DNA of 64,000 nt from an uncultured virus (IMG/VR IMGVR_UViG_3300035689_000001). Its lineage: Duplodnaviria; Heunggongvirae; Uroviricota; Caudoviricetes. Position 1 is the first letter of the stretch. Every line of letters starts with the position of its first letter. Where the stretch lies: IMG/VR virus record IMGVR_UViG_3300035689_000001. One strand, written 5' to 3'. The notes below the pieces were generated by a model. It was not told the origin of the DNA. It made no database searches and saw only the letters and a list, made by a program, of their open reading frames with translations. This document shows positions 21,833 through 30,323 of the stretch, piece after piece. The translations under genes were made by a program, and so were the position numbers.

Positions 21833-22304
21833 CATCCTCCCCACGGCTAGAAGCCGGGGGGTTCCTGAACTGCCGTTGCCCTTTCGAGTTGCCCCTACTG
21901 AGGTCTTACACGCCATGTCCGATCCGAGCTTACTAGAATATCCCTTGACATCTAGGTGCCCACTTCTGGATCGCTTTCCAGGCATCAATTCCCGTGTGCC
22001 CCACGGTACTCAAAGTTCTGTTTGGTTTTCGCAGTCGTTTGATCTGCTTAGCTGTTTAGAGCGTGTTCGCTACCGCTTTGCTGTTCTATTTTCCAGGCAG
22101 TCGTGTGGCACTGTTCCAGCCATATTTGTCGGGCACGTCCTGGCGGCATTTCAACCTGAAGCAACGCAATCTTAGCAGTTTTGGGTTGACCCCGACAAAT
22201 AGTTGTCCGTTTCGGCTAATCGCTCCAACGGACTTGAGAGGGGATGCTAAATCCCCATGTCTGAAGCCAGGGGCATTGCATCCCCTCTCAATCTCTCCCC
22301 TTCG
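21829..22304 (-). mobile_element. Non-autonomous IS200/IS605-derived element (476 bp, no transposase)
   Basis: Minus strand: TTAC target at 22305..22308, left-end hairpin CCCCTGGCTTCAGACATGGGG, tnpB-3'-like remnant ACCGTGGGGCACACGGGA, right-end hairpin ending GGGGAGGATGTCAG. Confidence 0.8.
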
Positions 22305-22339
22305 GTAAGCCCTATAGACGCGATCGCATCCTGATGCTA

Positions 22340-22391
22340 AATAGTGATTACACCCCAGAATCCACAATGCTTCTGGGGTGTAATCACTATT
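22340..22391. repeat. Perfect 21-bp inverted repeat with 10-nt loop
   Basis: AATAGTGATTACACCCCAGAA / TTCTGGGGTGTAATCACTATT. Confidence 0.85.
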
Positions 22392-22437
22392 ATTAATTGA
22401 CGGCAATATATTGGTTTAATATAATTATATTAAGGCT

Positions 22438-22472
22438 TTGACACTCCCCACCGCATAGGCGGATGGGGATTC
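22438..22472 (-). mobile_element. Isolated IS200/IS605-type right end
   Basis: Minus strand GAATCCCCATCCGCCTATGCGGTGGGGAGTGTCAA; hairpin nearly identical to that near 62243. Confidence 0.65.
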
Positions 22473-22500
22473 TTTAATCTACGAACCGACTTGCATGGGT

Positions 22501-22565
22501 GCAAGTAATCAAGGTTTCAAACCAGCCAGAGCATTCCTGGCTGGTTTGAAACCTTGATTACTTGC
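22501..22565. repeat. Perfect 29-bp inverted repeat with 7-nt loop
   Basis: GCAAGTAATCAAGGTTTCAAACCAGCCAG / CTGGCTGGTTTGAAACCTTGATTACTTGC. Confidence 0.9.
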
Positions 22566-22730
22566 GTCCAGAGCCGCGATGATCGGGCGGCTGATGGTTG
22601 CGAGTGCCAGAAGCCTGAGTGCGGCGTGGCCCGCCCTCGACGGGGGGATCTTCGCTCTGGTTGCGAACAATGGGAGTCGGATCGGCGACGGGTGGAAGGT
22701 CAACGGGTTGAACAAAAAAGAAAAATGGCA

Positions 22731-22961
22731 TTAGAAGGGTGCTCCATGTAACTGCATCATTCGGCGGCTGTACGCCTCCTTTGCGATCTCGTGGAACCCT
22801 TCCTCAACATCCCGCTCCAGGCTCAACGGAAGGCTTAGTTTGGCGCAAACACGCCCATAAGCTACCGCGTCACCCCTGCAATTGATTTTTTCAGACTCGT
22901 TCAACGGTGTATCCGCCAAGCGTTCACGGTATTTTTTTGAGTGGGTAAGTTGCATAATCAA
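22731..22961 (-). CDS. Small hypothetical protein
   Basis: 76-aa ORF co-oriented with the upstream small genes. Confidence 0.5.
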   Translation of the reverse strand: MIMQLTHSKKYRERLADTPLNESEKINCRGDAVAYGRVCAKLSLPLSLERDVEEGFHEIAKEAYSRRMMQLHGAPF

Positions 22962-23071
22962 TGTGGACTCTTAGAAGGGTTCCAATCACCCCCACTGCGA
23001 CGGCCTCGGAAACTGGCGCAGTGGGGGTTTTGGTTTGCGGTTAACCTCCACCGCAAGGGGCGATCGGAGTG

Positions 23072-23278
23072 CTACGAGAAATCAGACAGATCGGCCACCA
23101 GCCCCAAGGATTGCGCCGCCTCAATCAACCCCTCTTGAGAAGCAACCAGTACCGACACACCAGAATCCTTGATCGCCTGAGCCGCGATCGTCACATCCTC
23201 GAAATCAGCACCCGCAGACGGAAGATTCAGCGCTTCCGCGATCGTGCCGTCTTGAGTCCAAATGGTCGTAATAGCCAC
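23072..23278 (-). CDS. Small acidic hypothetical protein
   Basis: 68 aa, GAGGA RBS upstream, many D/E and almost no basic residues. Confidence 0.65.
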   Translation of the reverse strand: MAITTIWTQDGTIAEALNLPSAGADFEDVTIAAQAIKDSGVSVLVASQEGLIEAAQSLGLVADLSDFS

Positions 23279-23330
23279 AACTTTTCCTCGCTCGATTTAC
23301 CTTGGTTTGGGGCCGCCCCGTGCGCACCGA

Positions 23331-23483
23331 TTACTCGGCGTCAAACTCGGCCAGAACCTCGTCGAGGACTTCCAGCGCCGCCAGGTAGCGGGCGCTGAAT
23401 TCCTCGCGCTCCTCGTCGGTTTGGTACTGAGCACCAATCGACTCGGCGGAAGCAAACAGAGCGGACAGGGTGGAATCGGACAT
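23331..23483 (-). CDS. Small acidic hypothetical protein (50 aa, not in ORF track)
   Basis: MSDSTLSALFASAESIGAQYQTDEEREEFSARYLAALEVLDEVLAEFDAE, with GGAGGT RBS. Confidence 0.65.
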   Translation of the reverse strand: MSDSTLSALFASAESIGAQYQTDEEREEFSARYLAALEVLDEVLAEFDAE

Positions 23484-23627
23484 GGGGTGAACCTCCAAAA
23501 AAACAACTCAACAAAACGTCCTTTCGGACTGGGATGAGTTATCTCAACAGACGGGCCTTTGTCCTCAGTCCCGGAACCCACTCCGGCGGGGAGCCTTTTT
23601 AAGGGGAGGCGCACCCCGCATGAATCT

Positions 23628-23656
23628 AAATTAACTTATTACGTTAAACCCGTCAA
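23628..23656 (-). promoter_or_regulatory. Putative sigma70 promoter for the small-gene operon
   Basis: Minus strand TTGACG-17 nt-TAATTT; GTTAAAC/TTAACTT boxes overlap it. Confidence 0.5.
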
Positions 23657-23742
23657 GAGAAAAGTTAAACTTGACTCGAAGCACTGAAAACATTAGTATA
23701 GACCTGTGGCACTCTACACAAGACAATCAAGGAGGTAATTCA

Positions 23743-23988
23743 GTGGTTCAAGCAGTCGTGGAAGTAATTCGCACAATCAAGGTATCTGCGCCCGAACTGG
23801 GCAAGCGCATTCGAGAGGCAAGAAAAGCCGACGGGCGATCGGTCACCCAAATTGCTGCTGCTGCTGGGATGTCCGTCCAGAATTGGTATCGAATTGAGGA
23901 CGAAAAGCAGGCATTACCAGAAGATACGCTCAGGCTAATTGAGAAGGTGTTGAGCGTTGATTTTGGCGTGAGTTTTCCGGGCCAATAA
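23743..23988 (+). CDS. XRE-family helix-turn-helix regulator
   Basis: LGKRIREARKADGRSVTQIAAAAGMSVQNWYRIE; GTG start with GGAGGT RBS. Confidence 0.88.
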   Translation: MVQAVVEVIRTIKVSAPELGKRIREARKADGRSVTQIAAAAGMSVQNWYRIEDEKQALPEDTLRLIEKVLSVDFGVSFPGQ

Positions 23989-24216
23989 AAAACGATCGCC
24001 CCCTCTCAAGACAACCACAGAACCTTGCTGCACCAGTTTCTCGAACGCCACCCGATCGCCCGCACTAACCATCTGCACTGCCTTATCTAATGCAGCCTCA
24101 GAGGTAGCGGCGATCGCCCCTTCCACCGTGAAATACTGCCCCGTTGGCAGCTCACTCTCAGGACGCGCTTCTACCTTCGGCTTTTGCTTCGGCCCCATTA
24201 TTCCGATCTCGGTCAA
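23935..24216 (-). CDS. Hypothetical protein directly downstream of the CRISPR array (start may be ATG at 24198)
   Basis: 93-aa ORF, no recognisable motif. Confidence 0.45.
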   Translation of the reverse strand: MTEIGIMGPKQKPKVEARPESELPTGQYFTVEGAIAATSEAALDKAVQMVSAGDRVAFEKLVQQGSVVVLRGGDRFLLARKTHAKINAQHLLN

Positions 24217-24257
24217 CTCTGCTCAGCCGTGTAGTGAGCGTGCCGAGCTGTTCGGGC

Positions 24258-24408
24258 GACTCACCCCTATGTGCGTGGGGAAGGCTGATGTAGCGCACTA
24301 CTTCGATGGTGGAAGCGTAGACTCACCCCTATGTGCGTGGGGAAGGCTAGTGAGATCATCTCACTTACCTCAGTCAAAGCGACTCACCCCTATGTGCGTG
24401 GGGAAGGC
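24258..24408 (-). CRISPR. Orphan CRISPR mini-array: 3 repeats, 2 spacers
   Basis: Identical 28-nt repeats at 24258, 24320 and 24381 (minus strand GCCTTCCCCACGCACATAGGGGTGAGTC, CCCC/GGGG stem); unique 34- and 33-nt spacers; period 62/61; orientation inferred from likeness to I-E repeats. Confidence 0.9.
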
Positions 24409-24567
24409 ACATTGCCCTGCCAGCATCAAAGCCTGATTGCCCCTACCTAAGTCTCGAAACCTGGGAACTATAAGGCAACAGGATAGCGATCGCTCCCGAA
24501 TCTACACTATTGTAAAGAAAATAGCCAAGACCCCAGCGGGTTACAGAACACGAGAGAGCTGGGGCCA

Positions 24568-25419
24568 ATGGCTCGCACCCAAAGATTAAACCAACTGCAG
24601 GAAAACTTCTGCAACGAATACCTGGAAGACTTTGACGATCTGGAAGCAGTCCGTCGAGCAGGGTATCGATACAACAGCGATGCGGATCTAAACCGGATTG
24701 CGGGGGGGTTGCTAAGGAATCCTACGGTTCAGCAGCGGATTGCTGAATTACAACTTGAGCGAGCGCCCCTGACCGAGATGCAGAAGCGGGCCGCTCGCTA
24801 CTTTGTTGTGGGGGGGTGTACCCAGACAGAAGCGTGCCGCAAGGCTGGGTATAAGGGCAATGATGCGACCCTTTGGGTTACGGCTTCGCGCCTCTTCAGT
24901 CGCCCAATGTTCAAACGGTATCTGGTGCGGCTCAACCGGATGTTGATTGAACGCTACATGGTCGATCACGACTGGGTATTTGAGCGGGCGAAGGAATGGA
25001 TTGATTCCAGCAATGTCCAGATCACTGACGTGGCGGTGTTTCGGAATGGTCGAATCGACAGCATCAAGGATCTGTCGAAGTTGCCGCCCCACGTCGTCCG
25101 GGGCATCAAAAAGATTCGCCAAACCGAAACAACCATCGGGGAAGATGGCACCCGGATCGAATACGAGATTGAGATGCGCGGCCCCGAACGCGCCGCCTTG
25201 GCGCTGATCGCCCGCCACATTGGGTTTGGAAACGACTACAACGCTGCCCTCAATACACTTCACCGCTACGGCTACGAGGTGAAGGAACTGCCAGACGGCA
25301 CCCTTGAGGGACGCCCATTTGATGCACCGCTGCCAGACAACGATCCATCCGAGGGATTCGATTTTGATGGCCTTGAGGTGCTCCCGCTGGTTGAGCTGGA
25401 TCAGGAGTCTGATGCCTGA
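24568..25419 (+). CDS. terS: Terminase small subunit (two N-terminal HTH-like units)
   Basis: QENFCNEYLED...AVRRAGY...LLRNPTVQQRIAEL and a second TEACRKAGYKG..ASRL unit; coupled to terL. Confidence 0.85.
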   Translation: MARTQRLNQLQENFCNEYLEDFDDLEAVRRAGYRYNSDADLNRIAGGLLRNPTVQQRIAELQLERAPLTEMQKRAARYFVVGGCTQTEACRKAGYKGNDATLWVTASRLFSRPMFKRYLVRLNRMLIERYMVDHDWVFERAKEWIDSSNVQITDVAVFRNGRIDSIKDLSKLPPHVVRGIKKIRQTETTIGEDGTRIEYEIEMRGPERAALALIARHIGFGNDYNAALNTLHRYGYEVKELPDGTLEGRPFDAPLPDNDPSEGFDFDGLEVLPLVELDQESDA

Positions 25420-27464
25420 TGTACGCGCTCGATAGCGATCACCAACGCCGCTACCCCAGGAAGACCCGCCAGACCCGACGACGGCAGCAGGAAATCACCG
25501 CCCAGGAGCGCCGCCTTGATTTCTCGGCCCAACAGGCACTGGAACGGCAGAGCGGAATAGATCTCTGGTATCGCCTCGGAGGCGATATGTTTCTCCAGTG
25601 GGCCAAGAGCCATTACCGCCGCAGCAACGGCGAGCCACTCCACTGGATTGAACCAACCCAGGAAGAGTTTTACCTCGTGATGGGGAACCCCTGGATTGAA
25701 TTCCTGGTGGTCGAGAAGCCCTCGCAGGTTGGATTCACCGAGTCCCTCATCGCGATGCTGGGGTTCATCCTGGCGGAAGTTAAGATTCCGTGCGGCCAGG
25801 GCTTCGAGGCAGAACGCAAGCTCCGGGAACTGGTGCCCAGGATTCAGTCCACATTCGATTTCATTGATCGGATCCAGGCAGTCCGGCGATCGCGCCGTGC
25901 CGCAACGGGTCGGAAGGATGTGGATCACAAGGAACGGAAAATGACGGTCGGGGGCGTGGAGTGTACGTTCTGGTACGCCAGCACCACCACCAAAAACAAG
26001 CAGGAACGACAAGCATCCAGTACGCTGTCGAGCTTCCCGGCCTGGTACCAGGGGGCAGACGAAATCGAACTGTACCCAGAGGGCGTCATTGATGTCGCCA
26101 AAAAACGGATGGCCGCGAGCACGCTCCAAACAAAACCCTTCAGGGTTGGGAGTACTCCCGGCCACGAGGGCGGTATCGTCGATTCACTGGTCCGCAGTTC
26201 ACTCTACTTTTTCCAGTGGCGTGTCAGGTGTCCGGCCTGCGGGGAATCACAATTTCTGGATGGATTCGGCAACCTGCTGCAACCTGTCGCGCAGGAGCTG
26301 GATGACGGCACCGTTGAGGAACGGTATGTGGATGTGACGGGCCGCCCTCTGAAATGGTTCTGCTACGACGACAGCACCCGGCGACTCAGCATCGATACTT
26401 CTTACATTGGATGCCAGCACTGCGGAGCCGAACTACCCGAAGCGGCGATCGAATCCATCCCGCAGGGTGGAACTGGCGAATTCGTTTGCGTCAACACTGG
26501 TGCAAAACTCCGGGATGTGTGCCGCGACCTGACACTCCGGCAGGAACCGCTCCATGATTCGGTGGCGTTGCGGCTCCCCCGGCTCGCATCCAAACTGTTC
26601 AATCCTGCCGAAACAATCCGGGATCTGATGACCTCCCGGAACACTGCTGACGCGATCCAACAGGGCCTGGGCCGAGCCATCACGATCGGGGTCGGGAAAA
26701 TCTCGCTGCCGCGCCTCCAGCGATCCAGCGGGTTGGCGTTGCCAGACTGGTGTCAGAGCCGCGCTCCAGATCTGGTTGTCCTGGGGGGTGACCAGGGCAG
26801 TGCATTCAACTATGCGGTTCGAACCGAATGGTATCTCCCGCCAGATGAGCCAGATCCAGAAGTCCGCTGGCTCGGTGCCCATGTGGTTCTGAGTTGGTGG
26901 GGCCATGTCTACGGGTTCGACGGGGTAGAGGATGAGATCGCCCGCCACGGCATTGATCTGGTGGGATTCGACGGTGAGCCGGAGAAACAGTTGGCTGCTG
27001 CATTCGCCCGGAAGCATCCCGCCCAGGCATTCTGGTACCAGAAGCCTGTGACTGATAAGGGTACGACCTGCTACCGATCCGGCGATCGCAAAGGCGCGAC
27101 ATTCCTGTTCGATCAGGTGCAGCTCAAGGGCGAAACATTCCGCCGCACTGAACGGAATATCCAGGATGAGCAAGTCCCGATCTATGCGCTCCACCGCACC
27201 TTCGGGTTAGATGCGGTGCGCGATCGCATCTACCGGGGGCAGCTCCACATGCCGGAAGGGATGCAGTACGACCCGCGCGATGAAGAAAACCTGTTCCTCC
27301 ACCTGTTGGCGAGCGAACGCCGTACCGATGGAATCTGGAGCCAGACCCCTGGTATCCCGGATCACTACCACCATGCCTTGTGCTTCGCCGAGATGGCGGT
27401 TCTGGCTGCATTCTACGAACCCAGGCCCAAACGGTTGGCGTTCGGCTCTTTCAAGCGAGGTTGA
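25419..27464 (+). CDS. terL: Terminase large subunit, lambda GpA-like
   Basis: VVEKPSQVGFTE Walker A variant, GADEIELYP Walker B, GSTP coupling motif, CPACG and CQHCG zinc ribbon, VLGGDQG and DHYHHA nuclease motifs. Confidence 0.85.
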   Translation: MYALDSDHQRRYPRKTRQTRRRQQEITAQERRLDFSAQQALERQSGIDLWYRLGGDMFLQWAKSHYRRSNGEPLHWIEPTQEEFYLVMGNPWIEFLVVEKPSQVGFTESLIAMLGFILAEVKIPCGQGFEAERKLRELVPRIQSTFDFIDRIQAVRRSRRAATGRKDVDHKERKMTVGGVECTFWYASTTTKNKQERQASSTLSSFPAWYQGADEIELYPEGVIDVAKKRMAASTLQTKPFRVGSTPGHEGGIVDSLVRSSLYFFQWRVRCPACGESQFLDGFGNLLQPVAQELDDGTVEERYVDVTGRPLKWFCYDDSTRRLSIDTSYIGCQHCGAELPEAAIESIPQGGTGEFVCVNTGAKLRDVCRDLTLRQEPLHDSVALRLPRLASKLFNPAETIRDLMTSRNTADAIQQGLGRAITIGVGKISLPRLQRSSGLALPDWCQSRAPDLVVLGGDQGSAFNYAVRTEWYLPPDEPDPEVRWLGAHVVLSWWGHVYGFDGVEDEIARHGIDLVGFDGEPEKQLAAAFARKHPAQAFWYQKPVTDKGTTCYRSGDRKGATFLFDQVQLKGETFRRTERNIQDEQVPIYALHRTFGLDAVRDRIYRGQLHMPEGMQYDPRDEENLFLHLLASERRTDGIWSQTPGIPDHYHHALCFAEMAVLAAFYEPRPKRLAFGSFKRG

Positions 27465-28198
27465 TGATGCAGATGATCCAATGGGCAGGGGAATCGATTC
27501 ATTGGGGAACCCCACCCCGGAGCGATCGCCCCAAATTCCTGTTCCCGCTGGTGGAAGAATCCGTCCTGGAGGTTGCGTTTTCGGATTCACCGCTCCGGAA
27601 ACTCCCGAAGGCCGCCGCGATCGCCTGCACGAGCCGGTTGGCCCAGCGGGCATTGATCGAGCTGCACTGCCCCGAACTAAATCCCTGGTGGGAGCCGTGG
27701 CGGTTCCGCGCCGCTGTCGTGAAGGCTCCAGCCAGTACCCAGAATGAAGGGGTCCGGTTCTTTACCCAGCGGATCGAAATGGTGGATCTGCTGGAACGTT
27801 ATGCCCCAGGGTTTGCCCATGCTGGCGTAGTGGAACAGTTCCTCAATGGCGATGCTTACGAGATCGACGGCGTTGTATTCGGCCCCGACCATTTCTATTT
27901 TTTCAATGCCCTGCGGCAGACCTGGGCAGGTGATGCGATCGCCCACTATGGCGGGGTGGATGATCACGGCATCACGACCCAGCTCCGGCGCGTCGCTCAA
28001 CAGGTCGTCCAAGCAGTAGGGTTACGCGATTGCCCATTCTGCTGTGAGTTCCGATTGATCGGTAACCTCTGGAAACTCGTGGAAGTGCAGGCTCGCATCG
28101 GCGAAGATCGTCGGGAGTACCGGGAACTGCTGTGCAGGGGAGATGCGATCGCCGTGGCGGAACGGTGGTCGCATGAGTATCTGGAATCTGCGCTGTAG
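27464..28198 (+). CDS. ATP-grasp domain protein
   Basis: VVKAPASTQNEGV, VVEQFLNG..YEIDG, CEFR...LVEVQARIG; ATG overlaps the terL stop. Confidence 0.75.
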   Translation: MMQMIQWAGESIHWGTPPRSDRPKFLFPLVEESVLEVAFSDSPLRKLPKAAAIACTSRLAQRALIELHCPELNPWWEPWRFRAAVVKAPASTQNEGVRFFTQRIEMVDLLERYAPGFAHAGVVEQFLNGDAYEIDGVVFGPDHFYFFNALRQTWAGDAIAHYGGVDDHGITTQLRRVAQQVVQAVGLRDCPFCCEFRLIGNLWKLVEVQARIGEDRREYRELLCRGDAIAVAERWSHEYLESAL

Positions 28199-28316
28199 GG
28201 AGCGATCGCCCACATCAGTTACGAAAGTCAGGCCAAATGTGCGGTATGGTTACGGGGCTTAGGCCCCCGCGAAAAAATCGCCTGCACTTGGCTCAAGCAC
28301 AGGCAGGATAAGGGGT

Positions 28317-29153
28317 TTACGGTCGCGAAGGGATGCGATCGCTATGTGATTTCGAGAGAAGTGGTGATTGACCAAGGCATCGATATGCCTCCACCTCTTG
28401 CTCGGCTTCATTCATCGCCCGATCCCGGATCTCCTCTGGTGAAACCACCAGAACTTTCCCTCGGTATCTTCCGAGATCCTGGAGCAGCCAGAAAACGCTC
28501 CAACACTTTCGGATGACGATGGTCTTGCCGTCCACCTGTTCCAGCTCGTCGCCCTCATGGGGTGTGTAGCGGAATCCAGGCTGGATCTGAAGCTGAACTG
28601 GGATTGAGTCCAGTCCATGAACCCGCCATTCCCCAGTAGAGCGGGAAACTGCCGTGATGTGATCGAGCCGGATGGTTCGGTTGTGCCGCAGAGCCTCTGG
28701 CTCACCTGAGTCGATCTCCCCTTCTATCCATACCCGAAGCTGCGGACGGCCACCCGAAGGCGTCCAGAAATCTCCGTAGTGGCAGTTGTAAACATTGCCG
28801 CTGGCGCTGGTGACGGCAAACGACGATCGCTCCTGAATGAGCTTGTAGAGATCGCTCACTACGTCCCTGGCTACCACTTTCGACCAGAAAGTGGAATCTA
28901 CCCCGGTTGAGAGGCGAATCCACTCAGATAGCTGACTTGCCGCCTGAAGGTTGTTCAGGCTCAACAAGCACGTCACCCCCTCCAATAAGGCACTTGTCTG
29001 CTCTGCGGTTGGGGCAAACGTATTGATTTCGCCATTAGCGATCATCTGGCAGAACTTACTTGGATCCAGTCCGTATGACTGGGCGATCGCAGCAAATCGC
29101 TGAAACTGATCCTCCCCGTCGGCAAAGCTGATTTGTTTTCCAATCCGCGCCAT
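28317..29153 (-). CDS. WYL-domain transcriptional regulator (cyanobacterial Sll7009-like)
   Basis: N-terminal RHH-like segment; LRVW...EALRHNRTIRLDHI WYL core; FWLLQDLGRY..KVLVVSPEEIRDR WCX tail. Confidence 0.8.
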   Translation of the reverse strand: MARIGKQISFADGEDQFQRFAAIAQSYGLDPSKFCQMIANGEINTFAPTAEQTSALLEGVTCLLSLNNLQAASQLSEWIRLSTGVDSTFWSKVVARDVVSDLYKLIQERSSFAVTSASGNVYNCHYGDFWTPSGGRPQLRVWIEGEIDSGEPEALRHNRTIRLDHITAVSRSTGEWRVHGLDSIPVQLQIQPGFRYTPHEGDELEQVDGKTIVIRKCWSVFWLLQDLGRYRGKVLVVSPEEIRDRAMNEAEQEVEAYRCLGQSPLLSKSHSDRIPSRP

Positions 29154-29195
29154 ATCCTTCCCTTTGCTCCTGTGTCTACAACTGTAAAACTTGTG

Positions 29196-29224
29196 TTGAC
29201 AAAAAGCAAGTCATTCCCTACAGT
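29196..29224 (+). promoter_or_regulatory. Sigma70 promoter divergent from the WYL gene, inside an imperfect inverted repeat
   Basis: TTGACA-17 nt-TACAGT; TGTGT..ACTGTA upstream mirrors TACAGT..ACACA. Confidence 0.7.
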
Positions 29225-29264
29225 AAACACAGAAGCTAATTTTGTGGTCACAGAGGGAACCGAA

Positions 29265-29933
29265 ATGACACCGAGGGAGCAGCTCAAGCGCGAAATCATT
29301 GAATACCTGATGGAGTCTGGAGCGATTAATCGGGCCAACCCTGACAAGGTAAAGATTGCTAAGGCTCTCAAGGTGATCAAGGATGCGGCTCACGAGTGGC
29401 TTGCCCCCGATGAGGTAAGGAAAAGTCCTCGTGAGTTTCCTGCTGAGTGGATCAACTACCTCGGTTGGCTCAAGTTGAATCAGGTTGAGCTGGGCGATCG
29501 CTTCTACTTCTGCATCGCAAACTCTTTTGCTCCCCGCCACTATCAGACGGTGGTGGGTTTTGTGCTGAGGCTAGAGGTGATTATTGATGCCGAGATTGAT
29601 GCGGTTATCGGACAACAAGATAAAGCTGAGTCGGCGCTGGAACATCAGCGCTCGGCGATTTTTAGGGATGACTACGAGTACGCCGACGTACCCGGTGAAG
29701 TAATCGTTTATTTAGACAGGATCGAGGTCCAAGCGTTTGGATTCCGCGAGGGATTCAAAGAGCTGTTGCCCGCAGGTGGCAAATATCAAGGGAAGGGGAC
29801 GGGCTGCTGGTGCTATCCCCGAAATGAAAAGTTTGAAGCAGTTTTCTGTCAGGCCAGAAACGGTCTGTATCACGGAATGCCTGTGCTCTACGCCGATGGC
29901 GTTGAAAACCCTTATGGTATCGTCGCCGCTTAG
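29265..29933 (+). CDS. Hypothetical protein
   Basis: ATG at 29265 with GAGGG RBS just downstream of the promoter. Confidence 0.65.
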   Translation: MTPREQLKREIIEYLMESGAINRANPDKVKIAKALKVIKDAAHEWLAPDEVRKSPREFPAEWINYLGWLKLNQVELGDRFYFCIANSFAPRHYQTVVGFVLRLEVIIDAEIDAVIGQQDKAESALEHQRSAIFRDDYEYADVPGEVIVYLDRIEVQAFGFREGFKELLPAGGKYQGKGTGCWCYPRNEKFEAVFCQARNGLYHGMPVLYADGVENPYGIVAA

Positions 29934-29945
29934 GAGATCATCACT

Positions 29946-30311
29946 ATGACAAGGATGGAATTGGCAGCGGCGATCGCCGCTGCTGTGGACTGCGCAGCAA
30001 ATGTCTGGCAGTCCTCTGATGGCAAGATAGTTCGGGTTTACCTGTCCCACCGGGGGAAGAAATACGGGTTCGTCACCGTTGCCCTGAGTGGCATCGAATT
30101 TGCGCTGACCAGCTATGCCAATAACGCCTACGGATCTGCCATTCGTACCACCGCAAATGGCGTGACTATCGACGAACCGGAGCAGATTGCTCCAAGCGTT
30201 CGACGATTGACCGCCTCAGAGGCGGATTCGATCGCCCGCCAACCTAGAACGATTCACAATTCCGATGATGGTGAGTGGCATTTTGGTGCCGCCGATGAAG
30301 AAAGTTTTTAG
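29946..30311 (+). CDS. Hypothetical protein
   Basis: 121 aa, AGGAG RBS; NVWQSSDGKIVRVYL resembles the W..G...RVY motif in the next gene. Confidence 0.65.
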   Translation: MTRMELAAAIAAAVDCAANVWQSSDGKIVRVYLSHRGKKYGFVTVALSGIEFALTSYANNAYGSAIRTTANGVTIDEPEQIAPSVRRLTASEADSIARQPRTIHNSDDGEWHFGAADEESF

Positions 30312-30323
30312 CAGGAGTAGCTC

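Noticed and set aside
21829..22304. Group I intron (IStron) within the non-autonomous element
   Set aside because: No recognisable P7 or other group I core sequences by eye
23505..23560. Hammerhead ribozyme suggested by GTCC-GAAA-GGAC on the minus strand
   Set aside because: The CUGAUGA and GAAA core is not correctly placed around the stem
24348..24370. Spacer 2 targeting the RHH operator at 51125..51169
   Set aside because: Only TAGTGA and TCACTTA flanks are shared with different spacing; likely chance similarity of palindromes
24435..24460. Fourth degenerate CRISPR repeat (GATTGCCCCTACC)
   Set aside because: Short weak match, wrong period, no GGGG arm
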